This document shows, in pieces, positions 12,305 to 22,186 of a stretch of DNA of 64,000 nucleotides. Position numbers and translations under genes: made by a program. This DNA comes from an uncultured delta proteobacterium (GTDB lineage: Bacteria > Desulfobacterota > Desulfobacteria > Desulfobacterales > SG8-13). The stretch spans positions 2,270 through 66,269 of the forward strand of contig CAWGUE010000031.1 of the NCBI GenBank assembly GCA_963825595.1, written 5' to 3'. Below the pieces are notes generated by a model. It did not search any database. It had not been told where the DNA came from and worked only from the letters and a program-made list of their open reading frames with translations. Each line of letters begins with the position of its first letter. Position 1 is the first letter of the stretch.

Positions 12305-12718
12305 ATGAAGAAATTAGTCGGAAAGCTTATCACTGCCATCCTGATATTTTCGGTCGTCAGCGGATGTGCCACTTCGCCGTTTGCCGACGATGCGGTTCCG
12401 CGGATGAGCAAGGAAGAACTCAAACAGCGGATTGGTGCACCGGACATCATCATTCTGGACACCCGCACGGGCAGCGATTGGAACGACAGCGATCGAATTA
12501 TATTAGGGGCAGTGCGCGCCGAACCCAAGGAATTCAGCAAGTGGGCCGAAGCATACCCCAAGGATGCCACCATCGTATTGTACTGAGCGTGACATGACGA
12601 ATACACCAGTGCCAGGATGGCACGGCAACTCATCGGCAGAGGATACAATAAAGTGTACGCGCTTAAAGGCGGTTGGATCGAATGGCAAGGTTCCGGTTAC
12701 CCGATGGAGAAGAAATGA
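12305..12718 (+). CDS. rhodanese-like seleno-lipoprotein with U-x-U motif (Sec94, Sec96; 137 aa)
   Basis: lipobox VSGC. Reading through TGA 12584 and TGA 12590 gives IVLY-U-A-U-HDEYTSARMARQLIGRGYNKVYALKGGWIEW, a complete rhodanese fold. Hairpin GTGCCA-GGA-TGGCAC at 12609-12623. Confidence 0.85.
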
Positions 12719-13376
12719 TCGTAAAAATGGGTATGGGCGAGGGGCAGAGATCGTTCATTTCCAATAGATCTTTCTCGCTGCAGTACCCCTTGGAAGCATA
12801 ACCCTTCTCCAGGCCTTTTCGAGTGATCACCTGGATATGCGTGTGGTGGAACCAATTGCCGTTTTCGTGAAAATCACCGATCTCGGCAAAGGGTACACCG
12901 GCTGGGAACGTTTGACCGACTGCCGGCAGGTGGTCCCTGCACAGATGACCGTAGAAGCTGTAAAACGCCTCGAAATTGGGGCTCTCGTGCTTCAAGAGTA
13001 CGAAGCCGCCATAGTTACCTTCCCCGCTCTCGTAGCCGCTCCCTGAAACGGTGGCATCAAGCGGCGCATGCAGCGGTGTGCCCAAGCCCACGATGACATC
13101 CAGGCCCAGGTGGATGAATCGTTTTTCGGCCACCATCTGCGGGCAGTCCCCGAGCAGGGTGTCGCGTCGCTCGAAATAGGGCGAAACCCCCCATCGGTAT
13201 TCGGATCCCATCTTCTCCTCAAGGACCCGTTGGAATCCTTTCTGGTCCCGCACATTCTTCCCTTTGAGCAGTGGACTGTTGGTTGAGAGATCCGCGATAA
13301 AGGGATCTCCCTTCAGTCCCGGAAAGACAGGCCGGTGTTGGATCTTCTCACTGTAAAGCAAAAAAGGATAGTACAT
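12663..13376 (-). CDS. M23/peptidoglycan DD-metalloendopeptidase-like domain protein
   Basis: HLGLD, GTPLHAPLD, YGHL, ENGNWFHHTHIQ; no signal peptide. Confidence 0.75.
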   Translation of the reverse strand: MYYPFLLYSEKIQHRPVFPGLKGDPFIADLSTNSPLLKGKNVRDQKGFQRVLEEKMGSEYRWGVSPYFERRDTLLGDCPQMVAEKRFIHLGLDVIVGLGTPLHAPLDATVSGSGYESGEGNYGGFVLLKHESPNFEAFYSFYGHLCRDHLPAVGQTFPAGVPFAEIGDFHENGNWFHHTHIQVITRKGLEKGYASKGYCSEKDLLEMNDLCPSPIPIFTIISSPSGNRNLAIRSNRL

Positions 13377-13388
13377 GCGGCCTCCGGG

Positions 13389-15851
13389 TCAGGATAACGC
13401 AAAATCGGTGGTTTTCAGCAATCCGGCAACCGCAACGATCGGCTTGCCGTCATCACCTTCTTTGATATCATCGGGCCAGGTGAAATCCGGTGATAGGCCC
13501 CTGAAGTAGGAGAGCTCGTAGGGAAGCAGTTTTATCGACAGATTCTCACCTTCACCGATAATGGTGGATGACAAACCGAAATCAACCTCACCCAGGACCG
13601 TGCGGATAATGTAGCGCGGCACCTCCCTGCCGCTGCCTTCCCGGCGGACCCGTGTGGCGATGTCCACCACATCGTAAAGCGCCACCGGGTTGCGCTTATT
13701 CCAATGGTCTTGCACGGGAAGTCCGGCCACGTACAGGTGGTGAAACTCGATGCCGGCCTTCCGGCAGCTGTAGGCGAGGTGGTGAATGGCCTCCGGCGTG
13801 TCGTTGATTCTGCCCAGCAGGGGCGTGTTGTTATAAACGGTGATGCCCTTGTTGTTCAGCAGGCGCGTCAACCGGGTGTGCGCCGGCCGAAACTCGTCCG
13901 CAACCAGAAATTGGGTTTCAATTTCCAGCCGTTGCGGATTGACGATGGTCAGTTTGTTCAGGCTGGCCAGCTTGTCGATCACCACCGGCGAGTAGCGATC
14001 CGGTTCGTAGTTGAATTTCAGGCTGCGCAACCGGACGGCATTGACATGCGGGATGTCTTCCAGGGCCCTGATGATTTTACTGATTTGGAACAGAGATTCG
14101 GTGGCGTCTATCTCGGAAACGATCACCACGTCGGTAATGCGTTCGTCACCCTGGATGTAATTTAGATCCGCTTCGGTGCCATCGGCATCGATCTCGACCC
14201 GGGTTTCGTGGACGCGTGACATCGTCGAAGATCCGGTATCGACAAGCGATGGCGCAATTTTTTCATTTTTCAGTACCATTGGCAGAATCGCATCGGTACT
14301 TTCTGTCTTCATTGTCACGCCGTCGCCAAGTCTAGACGGCCGCGCTCCCAGAAAGAGCGATTGATCCCCGATCTGCGCCATGTACTGAATGTCGATGGTC
14401 CCCTCCTCGTTGACCCGGATATTTTCCAACTTGTTGGCAACAGGTGCAAATTGCTTGAAATAGTCCGGTGTGTAAGGACTTCGGATCCACATGAAGTTGT
14501 CGTTTCCCGCCACCGGCTCCACGGCCCAGCCGCTGGTGTGCCAGTCCATCTTGCCGATGGGGGTGGCCGTGCAGATCCTCGGAATAACGCGGTCAGACAG
14601 GTGCGCCCGCAGGTATTTTCCTGCGGCCAGACCTTTTGATATCGGCGACCAGTAGACGCTGTTTCCATGGATGGGACTGCAGGGGATGTAAATATAATGG
14701 AGTTCGGCCCCGGCGCCACGCAGCAGACTGAACAGCCGGACCAGTTCAGGGCCTTCATCGTTGCAGTTATTTAAAAACGGTGTCTGAACGTATACTGCAA
14801 TGCCGCTTTTCACCAGATCGGTGATAATCATCAGGCTCTGGGGGGAAATCTCGTCGGGATGGATGAAGTGGGTGGCCACCTCCATGCGTTTGCCGCGTTC
14901 CTGAAGCGCGAGGTTTTTGCGCTTCAGATAATTCAACAGTTTGGCATCCTCGGACAGGAACATATGCGGGTAGTAGGCAATGGAACGGGTGGCCAGGCGC
15001 AGGGTCTGGACATGTTCGATCTCCATGAGGCCGTCGATGGCGCTGGCCATGTTTGCCCGGTTCATGAAGGGATCGCCCCCGGTGATCACGATCTCCTTGA
15101 TGGAAGGCGAATTTTTAACATGCGCCACCGCCTTTTTGACTTCCGCAGGGGTGGGGTTGGTTTCGTTGCGAGATTCCTTGTGCTTGCGGAAGCAGAACCG
15201 ACAGTACACCGGGCAGCTCATGTTCAGCAGAAAGATGACACGGTTCTGGTACATCTGCTCCAGCAGCCCCTGGTGGAACTGGCCGATCCAGGTGTTGGTG
15301 TGTCCGGCGACATCCAGTTCCTGGGTGAACGGTAAATATTGATAGGTGACATCTCGAGATACGCGCATCTGGCGGATGGTATGCATGGAGAGCCTCACCG
15401 GATAGGTGTCGATCACCTTTTGCATATCCCCCCGCTTCGCTTCCGCAAATGAGATGTTGGCGAACTTTTCCAGCTGATCGGTCGTCTTGATGGAAATGAA
15501 TGCATTGCCGGGAAGAACAATCTCCAGAATCGCCATCAGCATCAGGTGGGGCAGTTCAATACCGTTAATACAGATCTTTTGGGTGCCGTTTGCTTTTCCC
15601 AGCAGCATGAGCAGTTCAGAGAAAAAACCCTTTGGATTGTCGCTATGCCCGCAAGCGTCGAGCAGTCTTGAAAGTTTTGTTCGCCCGTCACCGGTCTGTA
15701 TAATGTCAAAAAACGTTTTGCCGACAAGTGACATCACGCCCATATGGTCGAGGAAACCGGTGAGGGCGGCAACCAAATGTGCGAGGGGCACCTGGTTCTC
15801 TTCGCCTGAATTTTCGTAAACAATCTTTAAAAATGGTTCGTCTCGCGACAT
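13389..15851 (-). CDS. KamA (lysine 2,3-aminomutase)-like radical SAM protein with a duplicated degenerate second domain
   Basis: CPVYCRFCFRK, ITGGDP, THFIHPDE, QTPFL..CND, PIGK; second half repeats NTPLL..IND/LYVA/VPRY without the CxxxCxxC. Confidence 0.85.
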   Translation of the reverse strand: MSRDEPFLKIVYENSGEENQVPLAHLVAALTGFLDHMGVMSLVGKTFFDIIQTGDGRTKLSRLLDACGHSDNPKGFFSELLMLLGKANGTQKICINGIELPHLMLMAILEIVLPGNAFISIKTTDQLEKFANISFAEAKRGDMQKVIDTYPVRLSMHTIRQMRVSRDVTYQYLPFTQELDVAGHTNTWIGQFHQGLLEQMYQNRVIFLLNMSCPVYCRFCFRKHKESRNETNPTPAEVKKAVAHVKNSPSIKEIVITGGDPFMNRANMASAIDGLMEIEHVQTLRLATRSIAYYPHMFLSEDAKLLNYLKRKNLALQERGKRMEVATHFIHPDEISPQSLMIITDLVKSGIAVYVQTPFLNNCNDEGPELVRLFSLLRGAGAELHYIYIPCSPIHGNSVYWSPISKGLAAGKYLRAHLSDRVIPRICTATPIGKMDWHTSGWAVEPVAGNDNFMWIRSPYTPDYFKQFAPVANKLENIRVNEEGTIDIQYMAQIGDQSLFLGARPSRLGDGVTMKTESTDAILPMVLKNEKIAPSLVDTGSSTMSRVHETRVEIDADGTEADLNYIQGDERITDVVIVSEIDATESLFQISKIIRALEDIPHVNAVRLRSLKFNYEPDRYSPVVIDKLASLNKLTIVNPQRLEIETQFLVADEFRPAHTRLTRLLNNKGITVYNNTPLLGRINDTPEAIHHLAYSCRKAGIEFHHLYVAGLPVQDHWNKRNPVALYDVVDIATRVRREGSGREVPRYIIRTVLGEVDFGLSSTIIGEGENLSIKLLPYELSYFRGLSPDFTWPDDIKEGDDGKPIVAVAGLLKTTDFALS

Positions 15852-15970
15852 TCCCCCACCTCATACGTTGGATGAAAATTAGGAATTGACATTCATTCCG
15901 GGATCTGGTTTTAACTATAATAGTAATGCTGTTCACATTATAGTACGATACTAAATCGCCCCTCCACAGA

Positions 15971-16765
15971 ATGTCAAAAGGAAAATACTATTTCTCAAAA
16001 TCGCTGGAAAAAGGGCTGAAGATTTTAGCCCTTTTCAACCGAGAAACCCCTGTGACGACCCAGAGTGAAATCGCCAGGAGGCTGGGTCTCAACATGACCT
16101 CAACCTATCGTTACATCAACACACTGGTGGAATTGGGTTACCTGGAAAAAGACGCAAAAACAAAAGAAATCCGACCTTCCGCTCTTTGCCTTCTGTTCTG
16201 CGCCAATTTGATGCGAGCCACCGATCATCTGAAGATGATCAAGGAGATCGTGGACCGGATCCACAGTAAAAATAATATCAGCATCGATGTGGCCTTTGTG
16301 GTCGATGACACGATAGTGCATATCTATCATCGGGAGGCGGAGGAGACCCTCACCTACAGCCTGCCGGATTTCTCGAGAAATTGCCTGCACAACACGGCAT
16401 TGGGTAAAGCGTATCTTTCCAGTCTTCCGAACGGACTTATCGCTGACAAAATCGAGACGATGCCCCTTACCGCCAGGACTTCAAAGACCATCGTCGACAA
16501 AGATGCGCTCTTGGCGGAGATACAAGTAACCAAGGCGCGTGAGTTCTCAATGTCCGAGGAAGAGTATCTCCCCGGCTTGCTGGCCATCGGCGCACCCTTG
16601 ATTGATCCCATTAGCGGAAAGGGCGTCGGTGCGGTATCATTTGATTTTTCGGTGCTGCAGCAGAGTGCAAAGGAAATCGTGGTGAGGTACAGCGAAATGA
16701 TCAGGGAAACGGCCAGGTCACTGTCCGAGATCTTGATAGCGGGAAATGGCCGCAGGTCGTCATAA
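15971..16765 (+). CDS. IclR family transcriptional regulator
   Basis: SLEKGLKIL HTH, TALGKAYL, EEYLPGLLAIGAP. Confidence 0.9.
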   Translation: MSKGKYYFSKSLEKGLKILALFNRETPVTTQSEIARRLGLNMTSTYRYINTLVELGYLEKDAKTKEIRPSALCLLFCANLMRATDHLKMIKEIVDRIHSKNNISIDVAFVVDDTIVHIYHREAEETLTYSLPDFSRNCLHNTALGKAYLSSLPNGLIADKIETMPLTARTSKTIVDKDALLAEIQVTKAREFSMSEEEYLPGLLAIGAPLIDPISGKGVGAVSFDFSVLQQSAKEIVVRYSEMIRETARSLSEILIAGNGRRSS

Positions 16766-16846
16766 TCCGACGCGAACATTGTAGTTTAATTCGATTAGGC
16801 TCTGAATGGTATCACTTTACACGCTTAATTCTTCAAGGCGACACCC

Positions 16847-17713
16847 ATGAAATCGGTCCGCTGGAAACCATGGGCACTTCTGGCACCATCCATGAGTGCT
16901 GTTTTTTTACTTCTGGTCATACCGGTTTGCTTCGTCGTTGTATACAGCTTCTGGCTGCGTGCCCCCAGCGGAGCAGATATTCCTGCGTTCCAGTTTGGTA
17001 ATTACGCCAAGTTCTTCGAAGACTTCTTTTATCCCAAAATTCTTATTCGTACGATTCGCATTTCCTTTGAGACGGTCATTCTCTGCGTTGTCATGGGCTA
17101 TGTCCCGGCCTATTTTTTCTACCGCAGCGAAAGCCGCTATAAACAGGCTTTTCTTCTGCTCATCATGCTGCCGTTTTGGGTCAGCTTCATCATCCGCACC
17201 ATGAGCTGGATCAACATCATGGGGGATTCGGGACTGATCAACCATTTCCTGTTGAAGATCGGGCTGATTCACGCGCCTATATCCATGTTATACAACGAGT
17301 TCACCGTGCTCATGGGATTGATCATGTATCTGCTGCCGTTCATGGTTCTGAATATCTACGTCAGCCTGGAAGGCATCGACAAGAGCCTTCTCGAAGCCGC
17401 ACGCTGCATGGGCTGCACCGAATGGCAGGCGTTTCGGGAAGTAACGCTCCCCTTGAGCCTTCCCGGGGTCAGCGCCGGCTGTTTGCTGGTCTTCGTGCTG
17501 ACGGCCGGCACCTATCTACCGCCCATGATATTGGGCGGTCCGGGCAACGACATGATCGCCAATCTGATTTTCAAGCGGGTGATCGGCACGCTGGACTGGC
17601 CGTTCGGCTCGGCCATCAGCGTGATCCTTATATCCCTTTTGTTCGTGATCGTATGGACCTACAACCGATACCTGGGAATCAACCAGATCTTCAAAAGCTT
17701 TCAGGGTAATTGA
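16847..17713 (+). CDS. ABC transporter permease, PotB-like
   Basis: LPFWVSFIIRT, EAA motif LLEAARCMG, DWPFGSA. Confidence 0.9.
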   Translation: MKSVRWKPWALLAPSMSAVFLLLVIPVCFVVVYSFWLRAPSGADIPAFQFGNYAKFFEDFFYPKILIRTIRISFETVILCVVMGYVPAYFFYRSESRYKQAFLLLIMLPFWVSFIIRTMSWINIMGDSGLINHFLLKIGLIHAPISMLYNEFTVLMGLIMYLLPFMVLNIYVSLEGIDKSLLEAARCMGCTEWQAFREVTLPLSLPGVSAGCLLVFVLTAGTYLPPMILGGPGNDMIANLIFKRVIGTLDWPFGSAISVILISLLFVIVWTYNRYLGINQIFKSFQGN

Positions 17714-17716
17714 CCC

Positions 17717-18514
17717 ATGAAACAATTTTCACCGGGATGGACGTTAATGAAAATTTACACGGTTCTCGTCTACGTGTTCATGTTCACCCCCATCGTCGTC
17801 GTTATCGTGCTGGCATTCAACCCCAAGCAATTCGGCATTTTTCCCATGGAGGGCATCAGCTTGCGGTGGTTTATCAAACTGGCTCAAAATGAATCGATCA
17901 TCGACGCTTTTAAAAACTCGCTCGTTTTGGGCTCGCTGACCGCGGTCATAACCACCGCCATCGGCATCCTTGCCGCCCTGGCATTCATCCGTTTCGAATT
18001 TCCCGGCAAAAACACCCTCAACACCCTGCTGCTTTCACCGATCATGATTCCGGAAGTGGTTTTGGGTGTCGCGCTGCTTCTTTTTTTGCGGTTTCTTCAG
18101 CAGCCCAAGAGCTTTGCCCTGTTGCTGATCGGCCACGTAGTGTTGACCCTGCCCTATGTCCTTTTGATCGTCCAGGCCCGTCTGGTGGGCATTAAAAAAG
18201 AGTACGAAGAGGCGGCCAAATCGCTGGGCGCCAATGCATTTCAAACCTTCAGGGAAGTCACCTTCCCGCTTTTGCTGCCGGCCATACTGGCCGGTGCCCT
18301 TTTTTCCTTTACCATTTCTTTTGATGACATCACGGCAACGCTTTTCTGGGCCACGGCGCAGAACCAAACCGTTCCGGTCAAAATTTTCAGCATGCTGAGA
18401 AATTCGATCAGCCCGGAAATCAACGCCCTGGGCGCCGTCATGATCGTGCTGACCGTGGCCACCCCTCTGCTGGCCGGTTACCTGTCCCGCAAGTTTTCAA
18501 AGGTAAAAGCATAA
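17717..18514 (+). CDS. ABC transporter permease, PotC-like
   Basis: SLRWF, PEVVLG, EEAAKSLGA, FTISFDD, SPEINAL. Confidence 0.9.
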   Translation: MKQFSPGWTLMKIYTVLVYVFMFTPIVVVIVLAFNPKQFGIFPMEGISLRWFIKLAQNESIIDAFKNSLVLGSLTAVITTAIGILAALAFIRFEFPGKNTLNTLLLSPIMIPEVVLGVALLLFLRFLQQPKSFALLLIGHVVLTLPYVLLIVQARLVGIKKEYEEAAKSLGANAFQTFREVTFPLLLPAILAGALFSFTISFDDITATLFWATAQNQTVPVKIFSMLRNSISPEINALGAVMIVLTVATPLLAGYLSRKFSKVKA

Positions 18515-18544
18515 CCATAAAACCATCAACCGGAAGGAGAAACA

Positions 18545-19708
18545 ATGGCCATCGTAACCAAAGAAAAACTGGATCGGGTGTATGACGCGTATAAAAACGG
18601 CAAGCTCAGCCGGCGTCACTTTCTCAAATACCTCGGCCTTGCCGGCGCCTCCATCGGGTTGGTGGGATCACCCTTCGCAAACGTCGTAAGGGACGCTTGG
18701 GCCGCCAAGTCCATCCGGTTCGACGGTTGGGGTGGATCGGTTTCCGAAGCATTTCGTGAACACGCATTCAAGCCTTTTACCAAAGCGACGGGTATCGAGG
18801 TCATCGATGGTGAATTCGGTGACATGAACTCCTATCTGACGCGCGTCAAAGCCTCATATCCGCCGGGTGGAGAGTTCAATATCGCCCATCTTAGTGCTGT
18901 TTTCGACTATGCCCGTTATGTGGAATTGGGTTTTTCATCGGTTTTGGATGAATCGAAAATTCCCAATCTCAAAAATGTCATGCAGGCCATGATCAAACCG
19001 CTGCGGGAGATAACCAAAGGCACCCTGTCGGCTGTTCCCTACGATCTGGGGCAGACCGGCATCGCCTATAACACCAAGCATGTCAGCAAAGAGACGGCCG
19101 AGAAGCTCGGTGCTTCCCTGTTGTGGGACAAGGCCTTGAAAGGCAAACTGGGCAGTTGGGGCGGCGACTTCAGGACCAACATGTGGTACGCGGCGCTACA
19201 CACCGGTCAGAGCCCCAACAATATGACCGACCTCGAGGCCATCTGGGCGGCATTGCGTGAACAGCGCGGCCTGATGAAAAAATATTGGAGTTCCGGCGCC
19301 GAACTGATGAGCCTGCTGGCCAACGAGGAGATCTTTGCCACCGTGGCCTGGTCCGGACGGGTGGCCGCGCTTCAGCAGGAAGGTCATCCCATTGGCTACC
19401 TCTCTCCCAAGGGCACCTACTCCTGGATGGAATATCTCTTCGTCCTGAAAGGCACCGATCTGGAAGTCGCCCAGCAACTGCTCAATTTCATGCTGGAACC
19501 CAGCGCGGCCATCGCTGTGGCCGAGGGACAGAATTATCCGCCCAGCCTTGATCCGTCCAAAGTGGAATTGACCGAGAAGATCAAAAAGATGCCGGCCTTC
19601 GACCCCACCGGTAAACTGGACGGGTACCTTTTTGCGAATCCTTCCTACTGGAACGCCAACCAGGTGGATTGGACCGAAAAATGGGATCGCATCAAAGCCG
19701 GCAGTTAG
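18545..19708 (+). CDS. ABC transporter substrate-binding protein, PotD/PotF-like, Tat-exported
   Basis: SRRHFLK Tat motif, GWGG, PF.KATGIEV, GIAYN, WSGR. Confidence 0.85.
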   Translation: MAIVTKEKLDRVYDAYKNGKLSRRHFLKYLGLAGASIGLVGSPFANVVRDAWAAKSIRFDGWGGSVSEAFREHAFKPFTKATGIEVIDGEFGDMNSYLTRVKASYPPGGEFNIAHLSAVFDYARYVELGFSSVLDESKIPNLKNVMQAMIKPLREITKGTLSAVPYDLGQTGIAYNTKHVSKETAEKLGASLLWDKALKGKLGSWGGDFRTNMWYAALHTGQSPNNMTDLEAIWAALREQRGLMKKYWSSGAELMSLLANEEIFATVAWSGRVAALQQEGHPIGYLSPKGTYSWMEYLFVLKGTDLEVAQQLLNFMLEPSAAIAVAEGQNYPPSLDPSKVELTEKIKKMPAFDPTGKLDGYLFANPSYWNANQVDWTEKWDRIKAGS

Positions 19709-19716
19709 TGCCGATC

Positions 19717-19834
19717 TTTAAATTTCCGTGTCCCCCCGCGCAGAATAAAGCATGAGGCTCGGGTTAATACCGAAATGCCACTCTAAGCCTTTGCTGGTTC
19801 CCCCTTTGACAAAGGGGGACACGGGGATTTTAAA
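19717..19834. repeat. intercistronic palindromic (REP-like) element
   Basis: CCGTGTCCCCC ... GGGGGACACGG outer inverted repeat overlapping TCCCCCTTTG-A-CAAAGGGGGA; a partial related motif lies near 29184-29200. Confidence 0.5.
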
Positions 19835-19901
19835 AGCGGCACCCATTGGAATAAATTTCTGAGATTCGCTTTAAGCATTTCAAAACGGGGAGACAGGGCC
19901 A

Positions 19902-21002
19902 TTGGCGACCGGTAAAAAACAACCCATAGTGCAGTTCCGGGGCATATTGAAGCGGTTCGGAAACGTTGTCGCCGTGGAGAAAATGGATTTTGATATCGAA
20001 GAGGGCAGCCTGGTGACGCTGCTGGGCCCTTCCGGATGCGGCAAGACCACCTTGCTGCGCATGGTGGCCGGACTGGAGAAACCCACCGAGGGCGATATTT
20101 ACATCAAAGGGGTTCGAATCAACGACACACCGATCCACAAGCGAAACCTGGGCATGATTTTTCAGAACTATGCCCTGTTCCCCCATAAAACCATTTATGA
20201 CAATGTGGCCTTCGGACTTAAATACCGGGATGTGTCCAAGGAAGCGATCAAGGAAAAGGTGAAGCGGGCCCTGGAGATGGTTCGCCTACCCGGTGTGGAA
20301 AACCGTATGCCGAGCCAGCTATCCGGCGGGCAGCAGCAGCGCATCGCCATGGCGCGGGCGATCGTGATCGAACCGGACGTGCTGCTGATGGACGAGCCCC
20401 TTTCCGCCCTTGACGAAAACCTGAGGGAGGAAATGCGGCGCGAGGTGGACAACCTCCAGCAGATGCTCGGCGTCACCACGATCTTTGTCACCCATGATCA
20501 GCGTGAAGCATTGAGCATGTCGGACAAGATCCTCGTCATGGAAAATGGCCGCAAGCAACAGGAGGGCAGTCCCGAGGCGGTCTACAATGAGCCGGCCAAT
20601 CATTTTGTGGCCGATTTTCTGGGCCACTCCAATTTCATTCCGGGCGATGTCGTAGAGGTCGATAACAACCGTGTCAACGTCAAGATTGAAACCGGCGATA
20701 TCCTCATTGCGGAGAACAAAGGCGGATTCTCGATCGGTGACCCGGTGGAGATAATCGTCCGCGCGCAGCGGTTCGATGCCTTTTCCATGGATGCATACAA
20801 ACCGGTGGAGGGAATGAACCACTTCACGGGCCGCATCAAAGACCGCAGTTACATGGGCGGAGAGGTCAGTTACTTCGTTGAACTGGGTACCGACCGTGAA
20901 ATTCATGTTATCAGTATGATGAGAACACGGATCTACGACATCGGCGAGGAGGTCAGCATGAGGGTATCGCCACACCACTGCCATCTGATTCCCAGGGAGT
21001 GA
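19902..21002 (+). CDS. ABC transporter ATP-binding protein, PotA-like
   Basis: GPSGCGKTT, LSGGQQQR, LMDEP, VTHDQ, TOBE tail. Confidence 0.92.
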   Translation: MATGKKQPIVQFRGILKRFGNVVAVEKMDFDIEEGSLVTLLGPSGCGKTTLLRMVAGLEKPTEGDIYIKGVRINDTPIHKRNLGMIFQNYALFPHKTIYDNVAFGLKYRDVSKEAIKEKVKRALEMVRLPGVENRMPSQLSGGQQQRIAMARAIVIEPDVLLMDEPLSALDENLREEMRREVDNLQQMLGVTTIFVTHDQREALSMSDKILVMENGRKQQEGSPEAVYNEPANHFVADFLGHSNFIPGDVVEVDNNRVNVKIETGDILIAENKGGFSIGDPVEIIVRAQRFDAFSMDAYKPVEGMNHFTGRIKDRSYMGGEVSYFVELGTDREIHVISMMRTRIYDIGEEVSMRVSPHHCHLIPRE

Positions 21003-21148
21003 GCTGGCAAACCGTTTTTGCCGCAATCCTGTCGACCTGAAACCTGAAGGCAGACCCTGTCGTTTTCAGGTTTTGTTTTTTTGTGCGGTTGTGGGCCGAC
21101 CTGAACGTGATGATGCTATCCAATTGACCAAGGGAAGGGGGTACGCGC

Positions 21149-22186
21149 ATGCTCAAACTGGATCGGATCGAAAGCGGATTTTTCGATCGCTATCCGGATC
21201 GAATCGTTACCATCGATTCTCATACCCAGGGGGAACCGACCCGATTGCTGATTAACGGCGTGGGCCCCCTGCCCGGCAACACAATGAAAGACAAACGAGA
21301 CGCTTTCGAATCCCATTACGATCATGTCCGCATGCTGTTGACCCGCGAACCCAGGGGGCATCGGGGCATCATGGCGGCCGTGGTGACCGAACCGGTCAGT
21401 CCGGAAGGAAAGTTCGGGCTGTTTTACATGGATGCCCGGCGCTACCCTTATTTGTGCGGCCACGCCACCATCGGTGCGGTGACCACTCTGATCGAAGCCG
21501 GGGCCCTGGACGCCGAAGACGGCGACACGGTTATCACGGTAGACACCCCGTCCGGACCGCTGGATGCCCATACCCGGATTCGATACGGCCGTGTGGCATC
21601 CGTGGCCATTGACATGGTGCCGTCATTCGTTTTTGATACCGGTCGTGAACTTGAGATCGCCGGATTCGGCAGGGTTCCCGTAGACCTGGTCTGCGTGGGC
21701 GGGTTTTTCGCCATGGTGTCGGCCCGGTCGGTCGGCATCGACCTGGTCCCGGAAAACAGCCACCGCTTGATTCCATTGGGGATGGAAGTCATCGCGGCGG
21801 CCAATCAGGCCTTTGGCGTTTACCATCCAGCGCGGCCGGAGGTGAACACGGTGGATGTGACCGAATTCTATGATGAAGACCCGGAAACAGGAACCGGCAA
21901 AAGCGTGGTGATCTACGGCGAATCCCACATGGACCGTTCACCATGCGGTACCGGCACCACAGCCAAGATGACGCTGCTCCACCACAGGGGAAAGCTCGCT
22001 CCCGGTCAGTTCTACAAAAATGCCAGCCCATTGGGCACGGCGTTCGAGGGACAAATCGTTAAAACATTGTCCATCGGAGAATTTGCCGGCATCGTAGGCC
22101 AGGTTCGGGGAAACGCCCAGATTACCGGGTATCATCAATTTGTTCTGGACGCCAATGACCCCTTTCCCAAAGGATTTTTATTGTGA
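21149..22186 (+). CDS. proline racemase / hydroxyproline epimerase family protein
   Basis: DSHTQGEPTR, EPRGH, LCGHATIG and DRSPCGTGT (both catalytic Cys present). Confidence 0.9.
   Translation: MLKLDRIESGFFDRYPDRIVTIDSHTQGEPTRLLINGVGPLPGNTMKDKRDAFESHYDHVRMLLTREPRGHRGIMAAVVTEPVSPEGKFGLFYMDARRYPYLCGHATIGAVTTLIEAGALDAEDGDTVITVDTPSGPLDAHTRIRYGRVASVAIDMVPSFVFDTGRELEIAGFGRVPVDLVCVGGFFAMVSARSVGIDLVPENSHRLIPLGMEVIAAANQAFGVYHPARPEVNTVDVTEFYDEDPETGTGKSVVIYGESHMDRSPCGTGTTAKMTLLHHRGKLAPGQFYKNASPLGTAFEGQIVKTLSIGEFAGIVGQVRGNAQITGYHQFVLDANDPFPKGFLL

Noticed and set aside
21149-22186. Complete Stickland D-proline reductase system (racemase + PrdB-like)
   Set aside because: No prdA or electron-transfer subunits in the window, and the two genes lie 37 kb apart in unrelated contexts.
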